Below, piece after piece: positions 1 through 9,545 of a DNA stretch of 64,000 nt. The translations under genes and the position numbers were made by a program. Positions within the stretch are counted from its first letter, which is position 1. Each line of letters opens with the position of its first letter. The notes beneath the pieces were generated by a model that was given only the letters and a program-made list of their open reading frames with translations, did not search any database and was not told the origin of the DNA. Location: assembly GCA_965221695.1 (NCBI GenBank), contig OZ244905.1, positions 2,841,862 to 2,905,861 on the forward strand, written 5' to 3'. Origin of the DNA: Gammaproteobacteria bacterium (GTDB taxonomy: Bacteria > Pseudomonadota > Gammaproteobacteria > Eutrophobiales > Eutrophobiaceae).

Positions 1-706
1 CGTTGATATAGTTGCTGACTACCTGTCCGGCATAAGCGTTGATCACGGTAGTGGAGGTGCGCTCGTACTCGCCGGGGACCGGCGCTACCTCGCTGCTGAT
101 TGACACGTGGATGTCCGGATTGCGCGCCTTGATGATGGCGCGTATCCGCTGTTCATGCGCGGGGTTTGCAAAAGACCACAACAGCGCCACCGCCATGGAT
201 TCGACCTGCTGTTCATCGATGAGGTAGGCAACGGCCTGTTCAACATCGTCCTCGTCCAGTTCTTGGATGACCGCGCCCTTATAATCCACCCGTTCGGTCA
301 CGCCCCGGATCAGACTGTGCGGCGTCAGCGGCGCCGGCCTGTTCGTCGCGACCGGATGTTTAAGTCCCTCTTCCGACAGTCCCGACCAGCGCCCGTAAGC
401 GCCCCGGGTAACCAGCAGGGTATCCTCGAAACCGGCAGTAGTGATCAGCCCGGTGCGGGCGCCCTTGCGCTCCAGCAAGGTATTGTCAACCACGGTGGAG
501 CCGTGGATGAACAAGGTGGTTTGCCGAAAAATATCTTCCAACTCCACCTGCATGATATCAGCCGCCGAACGGACGGAAGCAATAACGCCATCGGCAAAAT
601 CCGGCGGTGTGGACAACGCTTTGCCGATGAATACCGAGCGCCCGTCCTCAACGATGACCGTATCGGTACAGGTGCCGCCCACATCGGTAGCAACGACGAA
701 AGACAT
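1..706 (-). CDS. hydantoinase/oxoprolinase family protein, HyuA-like (N-terminal 235 codons; gene runs off the left edge)
   Basis: Own translation of the minus strand from the ATG at 706: MSFVVATDVGGTCTDTVIVEDGRSVFIGKALSTPPDFADGV...TTAGFEDTLLVTRG...EYERTSTTVINAYAG. The ATDVGGT-TD N-terminus is typical of the hydantoinase A / oxoprolinase / acetone-carboxylase-beta family. The frame stays open to base 1, so it is absent from the ORF track. Confidence 0.8.
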   Translation of the reverse strand, partial: MSFVVATDVGGTCTDTVIVEDGRSVFIGKALSTPPDFADGVIASVRSAADIMQVELEDIFRQTTLFIHGSTVVDNTLLERKGARTGLITTAGFEDTLLVTRGAYGRWSGLSEEGLKHPVATNRPAPLTPHSLIRGVTERVDYKGAVIQELDEDDVEQAVAYLIDEQQVESMAVALLWSFANPAHEQRIRAIIKARNPDIHVSISSEVAPVPGEYERTSTTVINAYAGQVVSNYIN

Positions 707-760
707 TTCAATCAGGTTTCAAATATTGATGCTTTTGCAGGGATAGGCTGCTTTATCTGC

Positions 761-1042
761 TCAGCTCTCCATGCCGATGGAAAATAACCGTTCCAGATCG
801 TGGCGCGAGTAGGTCTTGAAGGCGATCATGGTCTCGGTATTTTCGATGCCTTCAATGTCTACCATGCGGCTGGTAACCATGTCGGCGATGGCCTCGTTGG
901 TCTCGACCCGGAGGATGCCGACAATATCGTAACTGCCGCCCACGGAGTACACCTCGGAAAATTCCGGCAGGCCCGCCAGGGCCTCGGCCACTTCGTTGAT
1001 CCTGCCGTGAAGGGTATTGATTAACACGATTGCTGTAACCAT
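761..1042 (-). CDS. Lrp/AsnC-type ligand-binding (RAM) domain protein lacking an HTH
   Basis: 93-aa ORF (MVTAIVLINT...VYSVGGSYDIVGILRV...) with the pattern of an AsnC C-terminal domain only. It is co-directional with the hydantoinase-like gene and lies 54 bp upstream of it. Confidence 0.65.
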   Translation of the reverse strand: MVTAIVLINTLHGRINEVAEALAGLPEFSEVYSVGGSYDIVGILRVETNEAIADMVTSRMVDIEGIENTETMIAFKTYSRHDLERLFSIGMES

Positions 1043-1124
1043 TTAATTCACCTGTAAGTCATTAACATTCAATCATGAGGGCGCCTCAAAAATCAGTAGA
1101 CAAGCGCGCCACAGGCGCGCATTA

Positions 1125-2756
1125 TCAGTCAGTCATCGCCCGCAGTTTATGCCGCTGGATCTTGCCGGTCTGGGTCTTCGGGAGTTCCGTCCTGAAATCT
1201 ACCAGCCTCGGGTACTTATAGGGCGCGATAGTCTGTTTTGCGAACTCCTGCAACTCGCCGGCTAGCTGTTCCGATGCTTGGAAACCCGCGGCCAGGACGA
1301 TGAAGGCTTTAACGATCATGCCTCGGGCTTCATCCGGAATGCCGACGACGCCGCATTCGCTGACGGCCGGGTGCGGCAGCAGCGCTGCTTCCACTTCCGC
1401 CCCTGAGATGTTGTAACCGGAAGAGATGATCATGTCGTCAGTGCGCCCCTGGTACCAGACATAACCGTCCTCATCCATGGCACAGATGTCCCCGGTCAGA
1501 TTCCAGCCGTTGACCACGTAATTTTTCTGCCGTTCATCGGCCAGGTACTTGCAACCGGTCGGGCCTTTTACCGCCATGCGTCCCAGCGTTCCGGGCGGCG
1601 CCGGTTGGTCATCATCGCCTAGGATACAGGCCTGGTAGCCGGGCAGCGCTTTACCGGTCGCGCCCTCACGAATATCGTCTCCGGTGGCGGAGACGAAGAT
1701 ATGGATCATTTCTGTAGAGCCGAGCCCGTCGATCATCCGGATTCCGGTAGCCGCCAGCCATTCCTGGTAGGTGGGAAGAGGCAGTTTTTCTCCTGCGCTG
1801 ATGGTTTTTTTCAGGCTGCTCAAATCGAAATCATCCAGGCGGTCCAACAGGACGCGGTAGGCTGTCGGCGCGCTGGAGCAAATGGTGGCGCCGAAGCTCT
1901 CTATCGCTTTGCCCAGTTCCGGCGGCGGCGCAGCTTCAAGCAGCGCAACGCTTGCGCCTGCATACAGGGGCAGACCTGCAAGCATCCCCAGACCGAAGGT
2001 GAATGCAAGTGGCGGGCTACCGATAAAGATGTCATCCGCCGCCGGCCGGACAGTATAAGTCCCGACACAAACGCACATGGCCATGATATCGCGCTGGAAA
2101 TGGACCGTGCCCTTGGGCAGACCGGTGGTGCCGCTGGTGAAGGCGATGATGGCCGGATCGTCAGCGGCGGTATCGACCGGTTCGAAAGTAGTTGCTTTTG
2201 CAGCCATGAGCCGCTCCAGCTCCGCGCCCGCGCCGGCCATTCCCGAGCCGTTGAATTGTGCCACTCGTCGCACGAACCCGGTGGTTTGCAGAGCGCCGGA
2301 CAACTCCTCCATCAGACGCTCATCACACAGAGCGAATTGAACTTGCGCCTTGTTGATGATTGGTTCCAGTTCCAGTTTGCGCAGCATAGGCATGGTGGCG
2401 ACCGCTACCCCGCCGGCCTTGATCACGCCGAGCCAACAGGCAACCAACATTGGGTTATTGGCAGATCGCAACAGCACGCGGTTGCCCGGCACAAGACCTA
2501 TGTCATCGACCAGCACATGCGCGATCCGGTTGGAGCGCTCATACAATTCCTGGTAGCTCCAGACCTCGTTGTGCGTTAGGATGGCATTGTTTGCGCCAAA
2601 GCCCTGGGCGATCTTTTTATCGAGCAGCTCTGCCGCGCTGTTCAGGCGCGCCGGAAACTGCAATGCGTCTGTGCTGAACACAAACTCGGGCAACAATTCG
2701 GGTTGCGGCAGGTTATCCCTGACGAAAGTGTCCACATGGCTGGTAGGATTATTCAT
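1125..2756 (-). CDS. AMP-binding acyl-CoA ligase, benzoate/2-aminobenzoate-CoA ligase-like
   Basis: 543-aa ORF with adenylate-forming motifs TSGTTGLPKG, GYVWYQGRTDDMIISSGYNI and PKTQTGKIQR. The N-terminus HVDTFVRDNLP resembles the aryl-CoA ligase subgroup. Confidence 0.85.
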   Translation of the reverse strand: MNNPTSHVDTFVRDNLPQPELLPEFVFSTDALQFPARLNSAAELLDKKIAQGFGANNAILTHNEVWSYQELYERSNRIAHVLVDDIGLVPGNRVLLRSANNPMLVACWLGVIKAGGVAVATMPMLRKLELEPIINKAQVQFALCDERLMEELSGALQTTGFVRRVAQFNGSGMAGAGAELERLMAAKATTFEPVDTAADDPAIIAFTSGTTGLPKGTVHFQRDIMAMCVCVGTYTVRPAADDIFIGSPPLAFTFGLGMLAGLPLYAGASVALLEAAPPPELGKAIESFGATICSSAPTAYRVLLDRLDDFDLSSLKKTISAGEKLPLPTYQEWLAATGIRMIDGLGSTEMIHIFVSATGDDIREGATGKALPGYQACILGDDDQPAPPGTLGRMAVKGPTGCKYLADERQKNYVVNGWNLTGDICAMDEDGYVWYQGRTDDMIISSGYNISGAEVEAALLPHPAVSECGVVGIPDEARGMIVKAFIVLAAGFQASEQLAGELQEFAKQTIAPYKYPRLVDFRTELPKTQTGKIQRHKLRAMTD

Positions 2757-2894
2757 GTTGTGTAGTCCCCCGATAGGATATTATATAGAAGCTCTGAACA
2801 AGTCCAAGTCCATCCTGTACTTGTCAGAGCGCATAACAAAACCCATAAAATAAATTCTTCAATTGAGCAATCGCACAACCGGGGTCTTCAAACC

Positions 2895-4403
2895 ATGACA
2901 TTCGAACTCCCAGACATCGATGGATTGAAACGCCTGGCCGCCGGGCTGGACCTGCCTTTAGATGATCCCAAAGCACGGCTGTTGTTGGACTACCTCAAAC
3001 CGTTTGCCGCGGGTTATAACTATATTGATCGGCGCCAGGATGAACTGCCGGTATCGCCCTGGGGAGGACGGGATTACCGCTACCCGCGTCCGCATGAGAA
3101 TCCATTCGGCGCCTGGCTCCTGAAATGCCATATCCAGGGCGCGCCCACAGGCCCGCTATCCGGTAGAAAAGTGGCAGTCAAGGACAATATCTTTGTCGCG
3201 GACCTGCCGTTGACCAACGGTTCCGACGCGCTTTCCGACCTGGTGGCCGATTTCGATGCCACCACAGTAGACAGGTTGCTCAATGCCGGCGCGGACATAG
3301 TCGGCAAGACAGTATGTGAATACATGTGCCTGTCGGGCGGCAGCGCCACCTCGGCCAACGGTATTGTGCAGAACCCGCGCAAACCGGGCTATTCCACCGG
3401 CGGTTCATCTTCAGGTAGCGCGGCGCTGGTCGCGGCCGGGGCAGTGGACATGGCCTTGGGGACCGACCAGGGCGGTTCGGTGCGCATACCCGCCAGTTGG
3501 ACGGGTGTGGTCGGCATGAAGGCAACCCGTGGCGTGGTTCCCTTCAGCGGCGGCATACCCATGGAGTCGTCAATAGAATACATCGGCCCATTGACACACA
3601 ATGTGGCCGATAATGCTTTGTTCCTGGAAGTCCTGGCCGATGCCGGGGAGGGTGAACCGCATGATTTTAGCAGCGACCTGGGGAAAAGCGCGTCGGGACT
3701 GAAGATCGCCGTTCTGAAGGAAGGTTTCGGTTGGCCGTCTTCCATGGCCGAAGTAGATCGCTGTGTCAGGTCCGCGGGGACCCATTTCGCCGCCCTGGGG
3801 GCGACTGTGGATGAGGTTTCGATCCCTGATCACCTGGATGGCCCGGCTCTCTGGGGCGCCGTGGTCACAGATGGCTTCTGGCAGACCTTGAGACTGAACG
3901 GGGTGGGGTACAACCATGAGGATATTTACTCTCCGGCCCTGTTTCGGGCCATGCAGGATTGGACTGCCCGCGTTACTGACGCCCCGATCAACGCGCAGTT
4001 GCTCTGGCTGCTGGGCCGGCACGTGGAAAGCTATGGAGGGCGCTACTATGCCAAGGCAAAAAATCTGGTCAGCAAGCTGCGGACAAGCTATGACCAGCCC
4101 TTGCAGGAATATGACCTGCTCCTGATGCCCACCACGGTGGCGACTGCCGCCGGCAATCCCGGTTCACAGCAAGATGCCAGCGCCGATGACATCATGGCTG
4201 CCGCATTCGGCAACACCTTGAACACTTGCCAGTTCAATGCCACCGGTCATCCGGCCATCTCCATTCCCTGCGGCCGCATCGATGGCCTGCCGGTGGGTCT
4301 GATGCTGGTGGGTCGCTATTTTGCCGAAAAAACCCTGTACCGGGCCGCTCACGCGTTTGAACAATCATTCGACTGGCGGGCTGGTTCAGCGTTGCCCCGC
4401 TAA
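2895..4403 (+). CDS. amidase (amidase-signature family)
   Basis: 502-aa ORF with the AS signature GGSSSGSAALVAAG and the upstream VKDNI lysine motif. Confidence 0.85.
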   Translation: MTFELPDIDGLKRLAAGLDLPLDDPKARLLLDYLKPFAAGYNYIDRRQDELPVSPWGGRDYRYPRPHENPFGAWLLKCHIQGAPTGPLSGRKVAVKDNIFVADLPLTNGSDALSDLVADFDATTVDRLLNAGADIVGKTVCEYMCLSGGSATSANGIVQNPRKPGYSTGGSSSGSAALVAAGAVDMALGTDQGGSVRIPASWTGVVGMKATRGVVPFSGGIPMESSIEYIGPLTHNVADNALFLEVLADAGEGEPHDFSSDLGKSASGLKIAVLKEGFGWPSSMAEVDRCVRSAGTHFAALGATVDEVSIPDHLDGPALWGAVVTDGFWQTLRLNGVGYNHEDIYSPALFRAMQDWTARVTDAPINAQLLWLLGRHVESYGGRYYAKAKNLVSKLRTSYDQPLQEYDLLLMPTTVATAAGNPGSQQDASADDIMAAAFGNTLNTCQFNATGHPAISIPCGRIDGLPVGLMLVGRYFAEKTLYRAAHAFEQSFDWRAGSALPR

Positions 4404-4427
4404 GGCAATAAGGTAAAATGGCGTTCC

Positions 4428-5630
4428 ATGAAAGCAATCTGCATACCCTACGGCGGATACTGGAGCACGCCGTTTGCCAAGTGGCAGGGCAGTCTGGCCC
4501 ACTTGCATAGCATTGAATTCGCCGCCCATGTGACCCGGCGCGCGCTCGCCGACTGGGAGCTGGACGGCAGCCAGTTCGATTATGGCGTACTGGGAATGAC
4601 TATTCCGCAAAAAAGTTGTTTTTACGGCCTGCCCTGGTTGACTGCCATGGCCGGTATCGGCCATGTCGCGGGACCGACCGTGAGTCAAGCCTGTGCCACC
4701 AGCGCCCGGGTCATGGCGACCGCATCCCAGGAAATCCAGGCGGGACTGGCCGAATGCGTGCTGGCCGTCACTGCGGACCGGCTCTCCAACGGTCCGCACC
4801 TGTACTATCCGGACCCCCTGGGGCCCGGAGGCACGGGGCAGACCGAAGACTGGGTCATGAGCAATTTCAACCAGGACCCCTATGTGAAGTGTGATATGAC
4901 CCGCACCGCGGAGAATTGCGCGACCAAATGGAATGTGTCCACTGCCGAGCAACACGAGGTCGCGTTGCGGCGCTATGAGCAGTACCAGCAGGCGTTGGAA
5001 CTTAAGGATGGCATATCATTTCAACAGAGATATATGCTGGCGCCCCTTAATGTGCCGGATAAAAAGTATCGAAAGACCCACTCAATCCTGACGGGCGATG
5101 AAGGTGTTGTCGCAACCAGTGTCAAAAAGATGGCCCGGTTGGAGCCAGTACACAAAGGCGGCACCGTCACCTATGCCGGTCAGACCTACCCGGCTGATGG
5201 CAACGCCGGCATGATCATCGCCACGGCCGACAGCGCGCGCAGGTTGAGCAGCGATCCGGCAATCCGCATCAGCATCGTCGCGTTCGGCCAGGCCCGGGAA
5301 GAGCCGGCCTATATGCCGGCGGCGCCGATCCCGGCGAGCCGGCGCGCCCTGGATCTGGCGGGAATAACAATTCAAGACGTGAAGGCGGTAAAATCGCATA
5401 ACCCGTTTGCGGTCAATGACATCATTTTTGCCAAAGAAATGGGCATAGACGTAATGACCATGAACAATTACGGCTGTTCGCTGATCTGGGGACATCCACA
5501 GGGGCCGACCGGGATGCGCGCGGTGATAGAGCTGATCGAGGAACTCATACTTCTGGGCGGCGGTTACGGCCTGTTCCATGGTTGCGCAGCCGGGGACAGC
5601 GCCATGGCGCTTGTCGTGCGCGTGGATTGA
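4428..5630 (+). CDS. thiolase family protein (acetyl-CoA C-acyltransferase-like)
   Basis: 400-aa ORF with nucleophile-Cys context VSQACATSARV and C-terminal GHPQGPTG and GCAAGD blocks typical of thiolases. Confidence 0.75.
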   Translation: MKAICIPYGGYWSTPFAKWQGSLAHLHSIEFAAHVTRRALADWELDGSQFDYGVLGMTIPQKSCFYGLPWLTAMAGIGHVAGPTVSQACATSARVMATASQEIQAGLAECVLAVTADRLSNGPHLYYPDPLGPGGTGQTEDWVMSNFNQDPYVKCDMTRTAENCATKWNVSTAEQHEVALRRYEQYQQALELKDGISFQQRYMLAPLNVPDKKYRKTHSILTGDEGVVATSVKKMARLEPVHKGGTVTYAGQTYPADGNAGMIIATADSARRLSSDPAIRISIVAFGQAREEPAYMPAAPIPASRRALDLAGITIQDVKAVKSHNPFAVNDIIFAKEMGIDVMTMNNYGCSLIWGHPQGPTGMRAVIELIEELILLGGGYGLFHGCAAGDSAMALVVRVD

Positions 5631-5632
5631 CA

Positions 5633-7192
5633 ATGGAAGTCGGCCAGCCAACCCAGTCATTGCCCGTGACCTTTCCCACCGTCGTCCACGCGCTGGTGGA
5701 CGCGGCCACGCGCAGGCCCGAGCAAGAGGCCCTGGCGTTGGGTTCGGAACGGCTCAACTATCAGGAGTACCTGCGCTGCGTGGTCGGCTTCAGTCGGGAG
5801 TTCCGGGGGCGCGGCTTGAGCGGATGTCGGATCGCGCTGTTGATGGGAAATTCCATTGATGTATGTATAGCAATGTACGCCATACATGCCGCGCAAGCTG
5901 AGGCCGTTCCGTTAAACCCGGTTTATACGACGCAAGAATTGTTGCCCATGTTGGATGACGCCGGGGTATCCGCGCTGGTCTATGATGAGGCGCTTAATGA
6001 TAGGGTCCAGGGACTCGCCGCTGAATTGCGCATTGAGCATCTGTTTGCCATCGGCCGCGGCAACCGCCTGATCGCATGGCGCCAGCGCGCCAATCTGGAC
6101 ATGCCGGATGACTTGCCGGAGCCAGGCGATCCGGCCACCTTGCAGTTTACCGGGGGCACTACCGGCAGAGCCAAAGGCGCTTGTATCAGCCACCATTCCC
6201 TGTCCGTCAACCTGAGCCAGCGCGAGGCGATTTTTCCCACCCGAGACGATGTGGAACGGATGTTGTGCATCATGCCGCTTTTTCATTGTTATGCGGTGTC
6301 CATGTGCCTGCATGCCATGGTATATCGGCGCGGCGCCCTGGTAATCCTGCCGCGTTATCATCCCACAGAGGTCGTTGCCGCCCTGGTCAACGAGAAGATC
6401 AGCGTGTTCGCCGGCAGCCCCACGGTTTTTACCGGACTGCTGAATTATCCGGACTTTGCCGGAGCCGATTTTTCCAGTTTGTATATCTCCTCTTCCGGGT
6501 CGGCGCCTCTGGCGGAAAACATCCTGAACAAATGGGAAACGATCACCGGCACGCCGATACTCGAGGGTTACGGCCAGTCCGAGGCAGGCCCGGTCATATC
6601 TTTCAACCCGCTACATGGGATCAGGAAACCAACCTCGGTGGGTATCCCCGTGCCGCAAACACAAATCCAGATAGTTGATCTTGAGACCGGCGAGAAAGTT
6701 CTGGAAGCCGGACAAAAAGGCGAGATCCGGGTGGCCGGTCCCCAGGTTATGCGCGGTTACCGCAACCGTCCGGAAGAGACAGCCCAGGCATTGCGCAACG
6801 GTTGGTTGTACACCGGTGATATCGGCGAACTGGACGAGGATGGCTACCTGTATATCCGCGGCAGGAAAAAAGAAATGCTGCTGGTATCGGGCTATAACGT
6901 TTTTCCCCGGGAAATCGAGGAAATCCTGCATCAGAATCCAAGTGTGAAAGAAGCGGCCGTGGTTGGCAGGACGGATACCTACCGCGGTGAGTTGCCCGTT
7001 GCGTTTATCGTCCCTGTTGCGGAGAGCAGCGCGGATGCGGAATCGTTGCAGGGATTTTGCAAGAAAAATCTGGCGCCCTACAAGATTCCGGCGGAGTTCC
7101 GCCTGTGTGAAACGTTGCCAAAAACCGTGGTAGGCAAGGTGGACAAAGTCGCCCTGACACAGATGGCAAACGGCGCAACAGGCAACGGGTAA
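5633..7192 (+). CDS. AMP-dependent acyl-CoA synthetase/ligase
   Basis: ATG at 5633 lies 2 nt after the thiolase stop; the track ORF from 5582 overlaps the thiolase gene. Motifs: FTGGTTGRAKG, YGQSEAGP, GDIGELDEDGYLYIRGRKKEMLLVSGYNV, PKTVVGKVDK. Confidence 0.85.
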   Translation: MEVGQPTQSLPVTFPTVVHALVDAATRRPEQEALALGSERLNYQEYLRCVVGFSREFRGRGLSGCRIALLMGNSIDVCIAMYAIHAAQAEAVPLNPVYTTQELLPMLDDAGVSALVYDEALNDRVQGLAAELRIEHLFAIGRGNRLIAWRQRANLDMPDDLPEPGDPATLQFTGGTTGRAKGACISHHSLSVNLSQREAIFPTRDDVERMLCIMPLFHCYAVSMCLHAMVYRRGALVILPRYHPTEVVAALVNEKISVFAGSPTVFTGLLNYPDFAGADFSSLYISSSGSAPLAENILNKWETITGTPILEGYGQSEAGPVISFNPLHGIRKPTSVGIPVPQTQIQIVDLETGEKVLEAGQKGEIRVAGPQVMRGYRNRPEETAQALRNGWLYTGDIGELDEDGYLYIRGRKKEMLLVSGYNVFPREIEEILHQNPSVKEAAVVGRTDTYRGELPVAFIVPVAESSADAESLQGFCKKNLAPYKIPAEFRLCETLPKTVVGKVDKVALTQMANGATGNG

Positions 7193-7212
7193 CAAAACGT
7201 GCGGGGCTATGG

Positions 7213-7451
7213 CCCGGATTTCTCACCAGGCGATGCGATGATTGCGCCGGATTTTTTGCGCCTGCAGGCGCCTGCGACCGATAGCATAGCCGTAGCTCTG
7301 GTTGAGGGAGCACGTGCCCGCAGGCGCAAAAAAGACAAGCAAGGGCGCATCGAGCGCAGTATGTAATGTTGAGATCGCGACCATACTAAAATGACTCATT
7401 GACAGCACATATGTTTCAGTTAGCAACGAGCGGCCTGGTGAGAAATCCGGG
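7213..7451. mobile_element. 239-bp MITE-like / structured repeat, copy A
   Basis: Perfect 18-bp terminal inverted repeats: CCCGGATTTCTCACCAGG (7213-7230) and CCTGGTGAGAAATCCGGG (7434-7451). Internal T6-stem-A6 hairpin at 7252-7333. Aligns base-for-base, with no indels, to 19993-20231. Confidence 0.65.
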
Positions 7452-7488
7452 CTATAATAATCCCGTGTTGATCCAGGGCGCCCGGGAA

Positions 7489-9528
7489 ATGCCGCGCAGG
7501 ATCGGCATTGTCGGCGCCGGGACCATCGGCCCGGATATCGGTTATTACCTGAAAAGCGCCATCCCTGGCTTGAACCTTGTCTTGATAGATATCAGCCGGG
7601 ACGCCTTGGACCGGGCCGTGGACAGAATCCATGCCTATGCGGACAAGGGCGTGGCCAGGGGAAAGCTGACTTCCGAGCAGGCAGAGGATGCGCGCCGGCA
7701 CATCAGCGCTTCTGTGGACTACGACGACCTGACAGGATGCGATTGGGTCATTGAGGCCGCCACGGAAAATCTCGAACTGAAGAAACAGATATTCTCCACA
7801 GCGGAAGCCGTTATCGACAGGGAAAGCCTGATTACTTCCAACACCAGTTCCATCCCGGCCAACTTATTGTTTTCGCACCTGCGCTACCCCGATAGGACTA
7901 CCGTTACCCATTTTTTTGCGCCGGCCTTCCGCAACCCGGTTGTGGAAGTGGTCGACTGGGAAAAAGCCGACCCGGGCCTGCTGCAACTATTACGTTGGCT
8001 GTTTTACATGACCGGCAAGACGCCAATCGTCACCCGCGATGTGGTCTGTTTCATGCTCGACCGGATCTTTGACAACTGGTGCAACGAAGCCGGATTACTG
8101 CTCGGCCGGGCTACTCCGGCGCAGGTGGATAGCGTGGCCTGCGCTTATGTGCAGGCCGGGCCGTTCTTCGTGCTGAACATGTCCAACGGCAACCCGATCA
8201 TCATTGAGACAAACTCCCTGCAGGCCGAATTCGAAGGCGCGCATTATCTGCCGGCAGACATCTTCCGGGAAGCGGAAGACAGAAAACGGGTGGCGCCGAA
8301 CAACGCCTCGACTCACAGCGCGGAAGAAAAATGGGATGAATCCGGAAACTGGTTGACCATCAACCCCGGGGAAACAGCGGACGCGCCGGAGCCGGTGGCG
8401 GCGGAAATCCGCGATCGTTTGCTGGGCGTTCTATTCTCCCAGAGTGTGGACATACTGGACCGGGACATCGGCGTCGCCGCGGATCTGGAACTGGGTTGCC
8501 GGCTTGCTTTTGCCTTTAGGAAAGGTCCGTTGGAACTGATGCGAGACCTGGGCGAGGATGAAACCCGGCGCGTGCTGACCACATTCACCCGCGCCAGGCC
8601 CGGCATGCCCGCGCCGCAACAGCCGCTGCGCGCCTATCAGAGGTTTCGCCGTTTTATCCTTGTGGATGAGTTGGAAGAGGTAAAGATTATCAGTTTGCGC
8701 CGTCCGGAAGCCTTGAACGCGCTGCACGAAGAGATGACCGACGAGATCCTGGACCTGATCAATGAATACGAGGATGATCCGGGAGTCGCTGGTTTCATCA
8801 TTACCGGCTACGGCGTCTCGGCTTTTTGCGCGGGCGCGGATATCGGCAGGTTTCCTGCCATGCTCGGGGACTCGCAACGCAGCGCCGAGTATGCGCGTGC
8901 GTGTTCCCGCTTGCTCGTCTGCCTCGACAACTGCAGCAAGCCGGTGGTGGCAGCATTGAACGGCATGGCGCTGGGCGGCGGTCTGGAACTGGCCGTGCGT
9001 TGCCACGGGATGGTTGCCACGAACAATACCTGGTTGCAGTTCCCGGAAATCACTCTCGGCATCGCGCCCGGCCTTGGCGCTATGGTCGTTCCCTACCGGC
9101 GTTGGCCGGCCGCCGCGCAAGCGTTTCATGGTATGTTGCTAAAGGCGGAGAAGATGGGCGCGTCTGACGCGCGCCGGCTGGGAATTATCGATGAATTGGC
9201 AGGGGATCATTCCGACCTGATTCCGGCCGCAATGCGCCGGGTGCGGGAACTGGCGCGGCAACGCCACATGCTGCCCGGCAGTCCTGTGAGTATTGCCGAG
9301 CCTGCCGCGTCGGATGAGCCGCCTCACAGCGTCGATGGCGCCGCCCTGAGCCACGCTGTGACGACGATTATTCGCCGCGCGATCATGGATGCCGCCGCCG
9401 CTCCCTCGCTTGACGCCGCCCTGGAAACAGGTTACCGCGCATTCGGCGCCAGCGCTTGCACGGCAGCAGCCAGAGAGGGGATCGGCGCGTTCGTTGAAAA
9501 AAGAACGCCCGACTTTACCGGGCTCTGA
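7489..9528 (+). CDS. 3-hydroxyacyl-CoA dehydrogenase / enoyl-CoA hydratase fusion protein (reversed FadB domain order)
   Basis: N-terminal Rossmann motif IGIVGAGTIGPDIG. C-terminal crotonase motifs AFCAGADI and LNGMALGGGLELA. Start is uncertain: the track gives TTG 7399 and there is an ATG at 7411. 7489 is chosen because 7399-7451 lies inside the repeat element. Confidence 0.8.
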   Translation: MPRRIGIVGAGTIGPDIGYYLKSAIPGLNLVLIDISRDALDRAVDRIHAYADKGVARGKLTSEQAEDARRHISASVDYDDLTGCDWVIEAATENLELKKQIFSTAEAVIDRESLITSNTSSIPANLLFSHLRYPDRTTVTHFFAPAFRNPVVEVVDWEKADPGLLQLLRWLFYMTGKTPIVTRDVVCFMLDRIFDNWCNEAGLLLGRATPAQVDSVACAYVQAGPFFVLNMSNGNPIIIETNSLQAEFEGAHYLPADIFREAEDRKRVAPNNASTHSAEEKWDESGNWLTINPGETADAPEPVAAEIRDRLLGVLFSQSVDILDRDIGVAADLELGCRLAFAFRKGPLELMRDLGEDETRRVLTTFTRARPGMPAPQQPLRAYQRFRRFILVDELEEVKIISLRRPEALNALHEEMTDEILDLINEYEDDPGVAGFIITGYGVSAFCAGADIGRFPAMLGDSQRSAEYARACSRLLVCLDNCSKPVVAALNGMALGGGLELAVRCHGMVATNNTWLQFPEITLGIAPGLGAMVVPYRRWPAAAQAFHGMLLKAEKMGASDARRLGIIDELAGDHSDLIPAAMRRVRELARQRHMLPGSPVSIAEPAASDEPPHSVDGAALSHAVTTIIRRAIMDAAAAPSLDAALETGYRAFGASACTAAAREGIGAFVEKRTPDFTGL

Positions 9529-9545
9529 TTACAGGGCAAAACCGT

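Noticed and set aside
107-787. 226-aa plus-strand ORF at the left edge
   Set aside because: It is antisense to a clean hydantoinase-A N-terminus on the minus strand, which the ORF track omits because it has no stop in the window.
5582-5632. Upstream extensions of track ORFs (5582 for the CoA ligase, 7399 for the FadB-like gene, 33542 for the MFP, 44483 for the thioredoxin-domain gene, 61943 for pdxA)
   Set aside because: Each extension overlaps the preceding gene, a tRNA or a repeat element. Internal ATG/GTG starts give canonical N-termini and typical coupling distances.
7223-7426. 67-aa and 79-aa minus-strand ORFs (7223-7426 and 20003-20242) sharing TALDAP-LVFFA-AGTCSLNQ
   Set aside because: The shared peptide is simply the translation of the conserved nucleotide core of the 239-bp repeat. 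Outside that core the two ORFs are unrelated and differ in length. The substitutions preserve base pairing, not amino acids.
7213-7451. Retron msr/msd interpretation of the 239-bp element
   Set aside because: The end-pairing arms plus a long central hairpin fit superficially. However, no reverse transcriptase gene follows either copy, and copy B has a target-site-like duplication. It is kept only as a remote possibility.
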